The notes under the pieces are model-generated. The model did no database searches and had not been told where the DNA came from. It worked only from the letters and a program-made list of their open reading frames with translations. This document shows, one piece after another, positions 28,335-37,891 of a stretch of DNA of 64,000 bases (the stretch's first letter is position 1; the number at the start of each line of letters is the position of its first letter). Position numbers and translations under genes: made by a program. Origin of the DNA: Candidatus Kerfeldbacteria bacterium (GTDB lineage Bacteria > Patescibacteriota > Patescibacteriia > UBA10025 > JAHIVO01); contig JACROE010000002.1 of assembly GCA_016214565.1 (NCBI GenBank), positions 728,007-792,006 of the forward strand, given 5' to 3'.

Positions 28335-29588
28335 ATGGCACGAGAAGACATCATTACTGGATTAGACATTGGTTCAACCGCGATTCGCATTGTGGTCGGA
28401 CAGCGCAATCCACACGATAATCAGATACATATTTTAGGCGCGGCCGAACAGCCTGCCGAAGGGGTAAATAAGGGATCAATCACCAGCATTGAGGATGCGG
28501 TGTCATCCATCTCGAGCGCCTTTGAGCAGGTTGAACGCATGACCGGCGTACCCGTCGAGCATGTCTTTGTCGGCATCAATGGCAGTCACATTACTTCGCA
28601 GGACAGCCATGGCGTGATTGCGGTATCTAAATCAGATGGGGAGATCAAAGAAGAAGATGTCGAACGGGTGATTGAAGCAGCTCAGGCAGTGGCCACTCCG
28701 CCAAATTATGAAATTTTGCATGTCATACCGCGTAGCTTTGCAGTGGACAATCAGGCGGGGATTAAGGATCCCATTGGCATGACGGGCATTCGTTTAGAAG
28801 TTGACGCACAGATTATTCAGGGATTGTCTGCTCAGATAAAAAATATCACCAAATGCATTTACCGTACCGGTGTCGATATCGATGATCTTGTACTGGGCGT
28901 TTTGGCTAGTGCTGAGGCAGTCCTGACGCGTAAACAGAAAGATCTGGGTGTCGCTCTCTTGAACATCGGCGGTACGACAACCAGCTTATTGGTATTTGAA
29001 GAGGGTGAGGTGCTGCACAGCGCAATTTTACCAGTCGGCTCGAGCCACATCACCAATGACATTGCCATCGGACTTCGCACTTCGATTGAATTAGCGGAGA
29101 AGATAAAAGTTGAGTATGGATCTGCATTACCAGACGAATTGAATAAACGTGATGAAATCAATTTGCACGAACTTGATTCGCGGGAAGAGGGAGCCGTTTC
29201 ACAGAAGCATATCGCTGAAATTATTGAAGCGCGATGTGAAGAAATTTTTTCGTTAGCTGATAAAGAATTGCAGAAAATTGATCGTTCGGGGTTGCTTCCT
29301 GCGGGAGTTGTTTTGACTGGCGGTGGCGCTAAACTGAACGGACTCATCGAAGTTGCTAAGCGAGAATTCAAATTGCCGGCAGCGCTCGGCTATCCGCTGA
29401 ATATAGCTTCGACAGCCGTTGATAAAGTTAACGATGTTAATTACTCAACGGCGATTGGTTTGTTGTTCTGGGGAGCCGGACTATCGGATGATTCAGGAAG
29501 CGGTAAAAAATTATCAATGCCAAAATTTTCTTCTGTAGCAGACGCGACCGGGAAAATGAAAAAATGGTTTAAAACACTTATCCCGTAG
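28335..29588 (+). CDS. ftsA: Cell division protein FtsA
   Basis: GLDIGST, IGGTTT, HITNDIA.GLRT, VLTGGGAKL; upstream of ftsZ. Confidence 0.97.
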   Translation: MAREDIITGLDIGSTAIRIVVGQRNPHDNQIHILGAAEQPAEGVNKGSITSIEDAVSSISSAFEQVERMTGVPVEHVFVGINGSHITSQDSHGVIAVSKSDGEIKEEDVERVIEAAQAVATPPNYEILHVIPRSFAVDNQAGIKDPIGMTGIRLEVDAQIIQGLSAQIKNITKCIYRTGVDIDDLVLGVLASAEAVLTRKQKDLGVALLNIGGTTTSLLVFEEGEVLHSAILPVGSSHITNDIAIGLRTSIELAEKIKVEYGSALPDELNKRDEINLHELDSREEGAVSQKHIAEIIEARCEEIFSLADKELQKIDRSGLLPAGVVLTGGGAKLNGLIEVAKREFKLPAALGYPLNIASTAVDKVNDVNYSTAIGLLFWGAGLSDDSGSGKKLSMPKFSSVADATGKMKKWFKTLIP

Positions 29589-29612
29589 TCGCTCTATTTA
29601 TTCTTAATTCGT

Positions 29613-30842
29613 ATGCCCAAGAATAGTAGATCACACACTCATATGGAAATTAAACCTGACATCGAAACGTTCGCAAAAATAAAAGTTGTCGGCGTCGGTG
29701 GTTCAGGCGGTTCGGCTATTGATCGTATGATCAATGCCAAGATTCAAGGTGTTGAGTTTATCGCTATAAATACAGACGCCCAAGCTCTGCATCATTCAAA
29801 GGCGCAAGCTAAGATACATATTGGCAAGACGGTCACTCGTGGATTAGGAGCTGGTATGGATCCCGAAATAGGCCGAAAAGCAGCGGAGGAAAATCAGGAT
29901 GAAATCCATGACGTCCTCAAAGGAGCCGATATGGTGTTTATTACCTGTGGTTTAGGCGGTGGCACTGGTACTGGCGCGGCACCCTTGATTGCCGATATTG
30001 CTCGCGATCTCGGCGCACTCACCGTATCAGTGGTAACGAAACCATTCGCTTTTGAAGGAGCGCAGCGACGGCAAATCGCCGACACTGGCCTGCAGGAATT
30101 GACCGATAAAGTTGATACGATTATTACGATTCCCAACGATCGCATTTTGCAGATTATTGATAAAAAAACGTCCCTCTTGGAAGCATTCAGCACCGTGGAT
30201 GAAATATTGCGCCAGGGCGTCCAGGGTATTTCTGATTTGATTACTGTTCCCGGATTGATCAACGTTGACTTTGCTGACGTACGCTCAGTCATGGAGAATG
30301 CCGGTTCTGCTTTGATGGGTATCGGACAGGGGACGGGCGAAAATCGCGCGGTTGATGCTGCCAAGGCGGCCATTGATAGTCCGTTACTTGAACTCTCGAT
30401 TGAAGGCGCCAAGGGAATTCTCTTCACCGTGACCGGCGGTCCTGACCTCGGGATGTACGAGGTGAATGAAGCAGCTCGGATTATTACTGCTTCAGCTGAT
30501 GCCAATGCGCGCGTCATTTTTGGTTCAGTTATTGATGAGTCAATGAAAGATCAGATCAAGATAACGGTCATCGCGACTGGTTTCGGCGGCAAACAGCGGA
30601 CCATCAAAAAAATCGAGCCAATCGGGTATGGCGATCGTGATGAAGCGCCGGTTCGCCCTGCTTTCTCTTCTTCACCCATGAAACCGCGTACGGTGGACAA
30701 GCCAATGCGCCCGATGCCTCCGGTGACCCCACCGGCCCGTCCGATGCCAACGCCGCCTCCAGTATCTTCAAATACGCCGTCCAGCACCAGCGGAGATGAG
30801 GATTTAGAAATTCCGGCTTTTATCCGGAAGAAGATGATGTAA
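29613..30842 (+). CDS. ftsZ: Cell division protein FtsZ (start possibly 29643)
   Basis: GLGGGTGTG tubulin signature, INVDFADV, C-terminal [10 protein letters not shown]. Confidence 0.98.
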   Translation: MPKNSRSHTHMEIKPDIETFAKIKVVGVGGSGGSAIDRMINAKIQGVEFIAINTDAQALHHSKAQAKIHIGKTVTRGLGAGMDPEIGRKAAEENQDEIHDVLKGADMVFITCGLGGGTGTGAAPLIADIARDLGALTVSVVTKPFAFEGAQRRQIADTGLQELTDKVDTIITIPNDRILQIIDKKTSLLEAFSTVDEILRQGVQGISDLITVPGLINVDFADVRSVMENAGSALMGIGQGTGENRAVDAAKAAIDSPLLELSIEGAKGILFTVTGGPDLGMYEVNEAARIITASADANARVIFGSVIDESMKDQIKITVIATGFGGKQRTIKKIEPIGYGDRDEAPVRPAFSSSPMKPRTVDKPMRPMPPVTPPARPMPTPPPVSSNTPSSTSGDEDLEIPAFIRKKMM

Positions 30843-30958
30843 ACAGGCAGGAAGCCCCTTTTGGAAAAGTGGTTTCCTATGTCTTCCGCAAAGGATTGCA
30901 TCGCTCGCCCGACGTACACTCGAGGCCATGCGGTATTATCATGTCGAGGAACTATTGT

Positions 30959-30993
30959 AAAAAAAGACTGCCTCAAGGTAACTTGAAGCAGTC
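30959..30993 (-). terminator. Intrinsic terminator of the Hsp70-like gene
   Basis: Hairpin GACTGCCTCAAG-GTAA-CTTGAAGCAGTC preceded by an A-run, which is a U-tract on the minus strand. Confidence 0.7.
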
Positions 30994-31011
30994 GGCTTTG
31001 TGTACTATGTA

Positions 31012-32268
31012 TTATTTCGCACTGAGTGCGAGGCCCCGAACAACGCTGGTGAAAACGTGTTCGTTTCGTATGATATCCCGTCCGAATATCTGTGTGATTT
31101 CCTGACGGAGTAACGGGACGTAGGAAGTCCCTCCCGTCATAAAGACGGTGTGGATATCAGTGGGCTTAAGCCCAGCATCAGACAGCACGGTTTTCGCGCA
31201 ATTGACGACCTGATGAGCCTCGTCCCGTATGTCATCAGAAAATGCTGAACGCAATATCGTCTCCTTAATCTTGATTCTTGAATGAAAGAATTTGATTTGG
31301 GCTTTTTCTGCTTCTGAGAGATGGCACTTTGCCCGCTCAATAGCACGAAAAAGGGAATAGCCCAGATTTTCTTCAATCAGAGCCTGAAGACGAAGGGATG
31401 ACTCGGGGTCATCTGAACAAGTCGCCAGCCGGCGAATAAATTCCATATCCTCAGGGTTTTTGAGGAACGTAATTCGGTGCCATTCGCAGAGCTGTTTCAC
31501 AATATGCGATGGAAGATCTAACCATTTTTCCCATGATTGCCATTTCAGGTTTGCCCCGAAATATTTGATGAGATGGTTACGCATGATGATGGAATCGAAA
31601 CGGTCACCACCGATGTAGACCCCGCCGGTTGATAGAATGTCGGACTTTCTGTCCTCACCCTTATTCCGGTGCGGCCCAAGCTGCATAATAGTGAAGTCGG
31701 AGGTGCCACCGCCGAGATCAGCGACCATAACAATTTCCGCTTTGGAAAGTGTATGTTCGTAACTTAGAGCGGCAGCAATCGGCTCGAGCTGAGTCTGAAT
31801 GTCGGTAAAACCAGCACGTCTGGCCGCCTCAATTAATCGGCGTTCGGCTACCATTTCCTCGTGGGGATTGGTTGAGAAACGAGCAGGGCGCCCGATGATT
31901 ACCGATTTCACGTTTTGGCCGACAGCGGCATCCGCAGCTTTTTTCAAGGTGATCATAATTCGAGATACGAGATCTTCGATTTCGTAATAATTTCCCTTTA
32001 TGATCGTCCCTTCAAAAGCTTCGTCAGGCAAAATTGCTTTGATTGATTGGAGCAATCTGCCCTGCATTCCACTCGATATGTAAGTCTGTACCCCCTCATC
32101 ACCGATTATGGGGAATATTTTCTCCTCGGGGAAAAAAAGGACCGACTTCATAGTTTCAGCGCCACCCAACCCTACTGGTACTATCTCAACTTCACCATTA
32201 TTGAGATAAGCGATTGCCGAATTGGTTGTGCCAAAATCAAGGCCATACGTTATGTGATCCATGATCAC
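31012..32268 (-). CDS. YegD-like Hsp70-family ATPase (no substrate-binding domain)
   Basis: GLDFGTTNS, EPIAAA, DLGGGTSDF, FMTGGTS; 418 aa. Confidence 0.9.
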   Translation of the reverse strand: MIMDHITYGLDFGTTNSAIAYLNNGEVEIVPVGLGGAETMKSVLFFPEEKIFPIIGDEGVQTYISSGMQGRLLQSIKAILPDEAFEGTIIKGNYYEIEDLVSRIMITLKKAADAAVGQNVKSVIIGRPARFSTNPHEEMVAERRLIEAARRAGFTDIQTQLEPIAAALSYEHTLSKAEIVMVADLGGGTSDFTIMQLGPHRNKGEDRKSDILSTGGVYIGGDRFDSIIMRNHLIKYFGANLKWQSWEKWLDLPSHIVKQLCEWHRITFLKNPEDMEFIRRLATCSDDPESSLRLQALIEENLGYSLFRAIERAKCHLSEAEKAQIKFFHSRIKIKETILRSAFSDDIRDEAHQVVNCAKTVLSDAGLKPTDIHTVFMTGGTSYVPLLRQEITQIFGRDIIRNEHVFTSVVRGLALSAK

Positions 32269-32628
32269 ATCTCCTTCTATTTATAGGTCTATGTTAATGT
32301 TCAAATTTAATGGGAATCGTTTGTCAATTTTGTCTTTTGGTTAAGTATGTATAGTAATTAAATCAATCTTTGTCAAGGCATGAGCCCTGCTATCTTGCCC
32401 CGCTATTATGATATTTAAAAAATAAAAAATTGAGCAGGCTTCTGTATGTTATTAAGTTAGCTTATTTAGGTAGTGGGACTTGACAAATATGCCTGACTGT
32501 ATAATAATCACAAGATACATGTTTTTGCATGTATAACATCATGTAGGTTTTGCTAATATTTATTCAATATTAGTGAAAAAAGTTCATTACGAATTATGTA
32601 GGCTACTCCCGATGGAGTAAGGAAAAGC

Positions 32629-33087
32629 ATGGAGGTTTTTGTGGATTATGTAGTAATCATGTGCACACCGTATAGTGTGCGTGCTGGTCTGGTTGAGAAG
32701 ATAGTGGATGATTTAAGTACCGTGACGGCGGGTCGAGAAATCATGCGAAAGACCGTCAGGCTGAGTCGAGATGATATTGCCTTCATCTACCCACGAATGG
32801 TTAATACCATATATTTTGACTTGATCAGCGAGTGCTTCACTGCTGGCGATTCAGAGTGTATTGTTCTGTCCGGCGACGGTATTCATGATCGAGTGAATAC
32901 AGTCAAAGGAAAAATTCGATTTGTGGATGGGATGATTTCTGCCAATGGGCTACGCGGGCAGTATCTAGCGGGAGAACAGCGATACGAATTCTTTTTTCAT
33001 TCGACTGATTCTAATAATGAGTCGGATGAATTAGGTGCTAGATTTTTTGGCAAAGAGTTCGCTTTCGCTGACAGACCGAATGAATAA
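32629..33087 (+). CDS. Divergent nucleoside-diphosphate-kinase-like protein
   Basis: NDK spacing: IMCTPYS (cf. IKPDA), KG...LRG.Y, FHSTDS..E (cf. HGSDS). Confidence 0.7.
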   Translation: MEVFVDYVVIMCTPYSVRAGLVEKIVDDLSTVTAGREIMRKTVRLSRDDIAFIYPRMVNTIYFDLISECFTAGDSECIVLSGDGIHDRVNTVKGKIRFVDGMISANGLRGQYLAGEQRYEFFFHSTDSNNESDELGARFFGKEFAFADRPNE

Positions 33088-34738
33088 GATGGCCAACGAT
33101 ATTTCAACGTTGGCCTTCGTTTTACCTATGATACCGCAGTATCTATACAATTTATTAAAACCAATCGTTGGTCGTCAGGCATCAAAACGCAATGCATTAT
33201 TTCAGTTTCTTCGCAACGCATTTGGGAAAATATTTATCCCGGCGTCAAATCAGGTCAACGGTTTTTTGATGAACCTGCAAAAGTCCGGTCATTCATTTGA
33301 ATTGGCATTTGAAGGTATGTATGAGCCTCAGGAAACCAATTTTTTGAATACCCTAGATCTTGAGGGTAAGATAGTATTTGATGTTGGCGCATGTATGGGA
33401 TATTATTCTCTGTTGTTATCAAAAAAAGTTGGACACGCCGGAATGGTATACTCATTTGAACCCGAGCAAGAAAATTTTCAGCTTTTAGAAAAAAACATCA
33501 GAGACAATAACTTGTCAAATGTAACCGCTTATCGAGCAGCCGTCGGTAACACGGAGCAGCCGGTTTTTGTTAAACGAGGCAAAACGCCGGGTCAGCATAC
33601 TGTATATTCAATTTCTCAAAACTTTAAAAGCAATGAGGAAGTGCCCATGGTGCGATTGGACGATTTTATTAAGAGAGAAAAGATTGATCCGCAAAAAATC
33701 GGTTATGTGAAAATAGATGTTGAGGGACTTGAATTGGATGTGCTTCTGGGCATGAAGGAGACAGTAACGAAGGGGGCTCGTGTAATAGTACAATGTGAGT
33801 ATGCCCCACAACATCTGAGGGAGCATAATTGTAATTTTCAGTCGCTGGTTGATTTTATTAAGCAATACAAATTGAATGTGTACTATTGGGATTTCAGCGT
33901 TGACTCATTATTATATATTAATGATCCAAGCTGGTTATTGATCGATGAAGTGGTTACTGAATTTACAAATGGAGCACATTATTGTCGGAACTTAATATTG
34001 ACGAGCACTCCACTTTCTTCAGAAATGGCAGCGAAAGAATTGCTATGTGAAGTATCTGACGCACAGGTAGCACCGTCGAACAGAATACTCATCGAAGATA
34101 AGACTGACTTAGGGTTGAAACTCCCGAGTAGTGGTAAATATTTTGTAGAATTGATGCGGGATTTGCCAATTGCCGGGAAAATCGTTTTAGATATTGGTAC
34201 AGGGTATTTTGGGTATTTAGCGAACCATGCCAAGTTATTTGGAGCGGCGCGTGTTGTGGCCGTTGACGTCAATGAAGAAGCCATTGTAGTTGTTAAAAAA
34301 TATTATCAATCGCCCGGCGTTGAATATCGACATGGCGATGTTTATTCTGCTCTATATCCTGATGAAAAATTTGATGTTTTATTCAGTAACCCGCCTCAAT
34401 TGCCCAGAGGAGCGTGTACCAAAGTCCACGACGTCGCAGGTCCTGATGGCATGGCGGTTATTGATAAGATATTGAGCGGATTTTCTCAGCACGCACAGCG
34501 TAATGGTACGCTGTATTTGTTGGTGTTTGACTTTATTTTTTCTGCAGTGGCCGCCGCTTGCCATGACCGAGGGTTGAATTATAAGGTGCAGGCATACTAT
34601 AATAAAAAAATCCGTACGGGCGGGGAGACGGAGAAAGCGATGTCTCTGATTAAACAGTTATATGACGGGTATTCTTTTAAAAAAGAGCATGGTTCATATG
34701 TCCATAAAGTATTATTTTTAGCCATCACAAACACATGA
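33080..34738 (+). CDS. Double methyltransferase: FkbM-family domain fused to an NPP-type (PrmC/HemK-like) domain
   Basis: FDVGACMG, FEPE, KIDVEGLE (FkbM); LDIGTGY and LFSNPPQLP..AGPDG in the second domain. Start set at ATG 33080, overlapping the end of the ndk-like gene. Confidence 0.85.
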   Translation: MNKMANDISTLAFVLPMIPQYLYNLLKPIVGRQASKRNALFQFLRNAFGKIFIPASNQVNGFLMNLQKSGHSFELAFEGMYEPQETNFLNTLDLEGKIVFDVGACMGYYSLLLSKKVGHAGMVYSFEPEQENFQLLEKNIRDNNLSNVTAYRAAVGNTEQPVFVKRGKTPGQHTVYSISQNFKSNEEVPMVRLDDFIKREKIDPQKIGYVKIDVEGLELDVLLGMKETVTKGARVIVQCEYAPQHLREHNCNFQSLVDFIKQYKLNVYYWDFSVDSLLYINDPSWLLIDEVVTEFTNGAHYCRNLILTSTPLSSEMAAKELLCEVSDAQVAPSNRILIEDKTDLGLKLPSSGKYFVELMRDLPIAGKIVLDIGTGYFGYLANHAKLFGAARVVAVDVNEEAIVVVKKYYQSPGVEYRHGDVYSALYPDEKFDVLFSNPPQLPRGACTKVHDVAGPDGMAVIDKILSGFSQHAQRNGTLYLLVFDFIFSAVAAACHDRGLNYKVQAYYNKKIRTGGETEKAMSLIKQLYDGYSFKKEHGSYVHKVLFLAITNT

Positions 34739-35187
34739 ACATCATCGTAAAAGTCGCTGGGGTTGTTTTCGATTCAGAAAATAAAATTCTCTTGATCAAA
34801 GAGAAGTATCGAGAAGCCGACGGGTATAAATGGAATCTGATCAAGGGAACTTTCGATCACGCGGATGAGACGCTTGATGATTGTCTGCGTCGAGAAATCA
34901 AAGAGGAAGTGGGCCTGGTTGCTGGTCAAATCTCCTTGAGAAAGATTTTTCAGTATGGTACCCCTGACCAGATTAAGTTATTGTTTGTTTTTTATGTACA
35001 TAATTGTACGGGCGAGGTGAGTATTCCTGATTCACGGAGCGCAGTCGCAGGGGAGGATATCCAAGAGAGCGCTTGGTTTACTCAGAAAGATATCATGGCC
35101 ATGGCACCTGATTCGTTTATTGCTTCATATGTAAGTAAATCATTATCTGCTCGTGAGGATGGCCAGGTTGATATCGAACGGCTGTAG
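34735..35187 (+). CDS. Nudix hydrolase
   Basis: G-x6-E-x7-REIKEEVGL Nudix box; ATGA overlap with the upstream gene. Confidence 0.92.
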   Translation: MNIIVKVAGVVFDSENKILLIKEKYREADGYKWNLIKGTFDHADETLDDCLRREIKEEVGLVAGQISLRKIFQYGTPDQIKLLFVFYVHNCTGEVSIPDSRSAVAGEDIQESAWFTQKDIMAMAPDSFIASYVSKSLSAREDGQVDIERL

Positions 35188-35321
35188 CCGGGTGAGGGGT
35201 AGTTTTTCTCTCGGGAATGTATAGTACTCTGATTTCAGAGGCTGACCTTGCCAAAAGGGTTGATTTTATTATATACTTTCGATATTGAAGTAATATTTTA
35301 GTAATGTTTTCCGATTGAATT

Positions 35322-35831
35322 ATGCGATGTCCTGCGTGCCATTTTGATGATACCCGCGTCAATGATTCCCGCTTGGTCAATGAAGGGATGGCGATTCGTC
35401 GTCGTCGCGAATGCGCGAAATGCGGCTTTCGTTTTTCAACCTATGAGGAAGTTGAGATATTGAATCTGACGGTGATTAAACGCGACGGACGCCATGAGCC
35501 ATATTCTAAAGAGAAGCTTGAGCGCGGATTGCATAAAGCATTTGAGAAGCGCCCGATCACCCATGATGATTTTAAGCGTTTGGTTAATAAGATAGAACGC
35601 GATATCCAACTGGCTGGTAAAGAGGAGATCAAAAGCAGCGAGATCGGTGAAATCATTATGCGAAATCTGAAGCGGAAGGATCAGGTGGCGTATATCCGTT
35701 TTGCCTCGGTCTATCGGTCTTTTAAGGACGTACAGTCTTTTCAGCAGGAATTGAAAAAGCTGCTGAGTAATAAAATTGTTCCTGAACGAAAAAAGAAACA
35801 GCGCACTCATTCGTCTACCGGAGGGCATTAA
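35322..35831 (+). CDS. nrdR: Transcriptional repressor NrdR
   Basis: MRCPAC...DSR...IRRRREC..C..RFSTYE, ATP cone, VAYIRFASVY. Confidence 0.97.
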   Translation: MRCPACHFDDTRVNDSRLVNEGMAIRRRRECAKCGFRFSTYEEVEILNLTVIKRDGRHEPYSKEKLERGLHKAFEKRPITHDDFKRLVNKIERDIQLAGKEEIKSSEIGEIIMRNLKRKDQVAYIRFASVYRSFKDVQSFQQELKKLLSNKIVPERKKKQRTHSSTGGH

Positions 35832-35850
35832 TCATTCAGTGAATTATCGT

Positions 35851-36345
35851 ATGAAAAATGTTTCACATTTTACGTTCAGTGTCAGCATGATGGGGGTGAT
35901 GGCTTTTGCCTTGATGGTCATCGGGTCATTTGGTTATGTTGTGGAAAAAGACATCGTTCAGCTCAATGCTGATCAGCCACGCTTGGCTTTGTCGCAAGTG
36001 CGCGGGCGGGTGGCCGGTATCGCCATTGAGTCGATCGGACAAGCCACGTTTGTTGTCGACAATGGCACCGATGAGCCACTCCAGGTTTCCTTCCCCGTTC
36101 TGCCCGACATGACGGTCAGAGAAATTTTGAACCAAGTAGGCTTAGCGTTTGATTTGAAAATAGAAACGGTCGCGAGCCCTGCCGGCGTGATTGTGCGTGG
36201 CATTGGTGACAAAATCAATGGCATGGATTCACGATATTGGCGGTATGCGGTGAATGACAAGACTCCTATTTTCAGCATAGATGAAATAATCGTGCGCGAT
36301 ACTGATACCATTCGATTCTATTTTAATCGGGAAGTTCAAAATTAA
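35851..36345 (+). CDS. Membrane-anchored DUF4430-like protein
   Basis: TM helix, then IVRGIG...NG...YWRYAVN......IDE..V...D.I.F pattern. Confidence 0.75.
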   Translation: MKNVSHFTFSVSMMGVMAFALMVIGSFGYVVEKDIVQLNADQPRLALSQVRGRVAGIAIESIGQATFVVDNGTDEPLQVSFPVLPDMTVREILNQVGLAFDLKIETVASPAGVIVRGIGDKINGMDSRYWRYAVNDKTPIFSIDEIIVRDTDTIRFYFNREVQN

Positions 36346-36366
36346 CCGAGGGGCTTAACGACTATC

Positions 36367-37293
36367 ATGCGACCGTACCGACCGTATCACCAGGCACATG
36401 CATCCACGCGCGATGGTGGCATATTTCGGGCGGGAAAAATATTCCTCATGTTGATCGCCCTCGTTCTTTTGTTTTTTATCATCAAAGGGGTATTCGGTTC
36501 TTCGGCTGAGCCGAATTTGGTAGATGGGACTGGTCAGGCGATCCCACCGACAAATGAAGTGGCAAATACTGCGTCAACTAATGTCGCTGTTGTGACGAAT
36601 ACTAACGCTAATACGAACGCATCGGCGAATACCAACACTTCCAGCAATACTAATGCTGATGCGCCATCAACCGCTTTTGACACCACGGCGTGCGACCAGG
36701 TATACAGCCGAGGTTCATCCGAGACAAAAGCAGCTGTGCTGACTTTTAATGTTGGCACGACAAAAGAGGGCGCGCTACCCCAGTTGCTTACGGCACTCAA
36801 GCAGGCGAACGCACCAGCCGCTTTCTTTGCGCGCGGCGATGTTGCCACTGAAAACCCGTCCCTGATTCAGAAAATTTCCGAGGCTGGATTTCCTGTGTAT
36901 AATTTAACCAATACGCATGTTCGCGCAACAGATGTTTCGGCCGAAGAATTGGTCGCGGAATTGGAGGAAGCCGATACCGCGATTGACGAGCTGGTGACTA
37001 CTGGTTCTCAGCCGTATTTCCGTCCACCGTATGGTGCAGCTGACGACGACGTCGTTGCCACCGCCGCTGAGGCTGGCTATTGTACCGTGACTTGGACTAT
37101 TGACGCGATGGACTGGTCGACTGAGTATACCGCCGCTTCTTCGCAGGCACGGGTACTGGACAATATATCTAGCGGAGCAATTGTTTTAATGCAAGCAAGC
37201 AACGCGACTACGGCGGAAATCGTCCCTCCCATTATCACTGCTTTGAGAAATCAAGGGTATACCCTGGTTGATTTAACTACTATCCTGGATTAA
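36367..37293 (+). CDS. Membrane-anchored NodB/CE4 polysaccharide-deacetylase homolog, apparently catalytically degenerate
   Basis: FRPPYG and WTIDAMDW are intact; TFNVG, NLTNTH and IVLMQ replace the catalytic motifs. Confidence 0.85.
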   Translation: MRPYRPYHQAHASTRDGGIFRAGKIFLMLIALVLLFFIIKGVFGSSAEPNLVDGTGQAIPPTNEVANTASTNVAVVTNTNANTNASANTNTSSNTNADAPSTAFDTTACDQVYSRGSSETKAAVLTFNVGTTKEGALPQLLTALKQANAPAAFFARGDVATENPSLIQKISEAGFPVYNLTNTHVRATDVSAEELVAELEEADTAIDELVTTGSQPYFRPPYGAADDDVVATAAEAGYCTVTWTIDAMDWSTEYTAASSQARVLDNISSGAIVLMQASNATTAEIVPPIITALRNQGYTLVDLTTILD

Positions 37294-37297
37294 CTAT

Positions 37298-37783
37298 ATG
37301 CGGCAAAATCATTTGATTATAGCGGCGCTGGCACTCATTTTGTGTTTAGTAGTTGCGCTACTCGTATTGTATCTTCAGTCTCGCGAACCCCGTTCGGAAA
37401 GCGTTGTGCCGATCACTAATTCCGGAGAAATTGTCGAGTGCTACACCGACACCGATTGCATCGTGGGCGGTTGTTCTGGGACGGTGTGTGCCGCTCGCTC
37501 TGAAGCGGACAATCTGGTCACCACGTGTGAATATCGCAACGAGTATGCGTGTTTTGCCAAGGATAACTGCCTGTGCATCCAGAATCGGTGCAACTGGCAG
37601 GGGAGCCAACAATTTCGCAATTGCGTCCTAGCTCCTGAAACGCAGGATCCGTGTGCGGGGTATGAGGGCCAGCAACTACTTGATTGTCAGGCCGATGAGG
37701 CCACACAGAGTCGCTGCCGTGGGTTGGCCGGGATGGAGCTCCTCGACTGTCTGGTAGGAAATCCAGTGAACCCCGACGACTAA
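37298..37783 (+). CDS. Membrane-anchored eight-cysteine-cluster domain protein
   Basis: C.TD.DC..GGCSG.VC...TTCEY..EYAC.....C.C....C.W pattern after a TM helix. Confidence 0.75.
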   Translation: MRQNHLIIAALALILCLVVALLVLYLQSREPRSESVVPITNSGEIVECYTDTDCIVGGCSGTVCAARSEADNLVTTCEYRNEYACFAKDNCLCIQNRCNWQGSQQFRNCVLAPETQDPCAGYEGQQLLDCQADEATQSRCRGLAGMELLDCLVGNPVNPDD

Positions 37784-37891
37784 TGGGTGAAAGGGCAGTT
37801 ATGCCGCTTGCGTATCTATACATTAGAAGGCGCCCCTTTACGGTGGTTTATTAAAAAAAATAAAGGAGTATGGTACAGTAATATATAGTCT

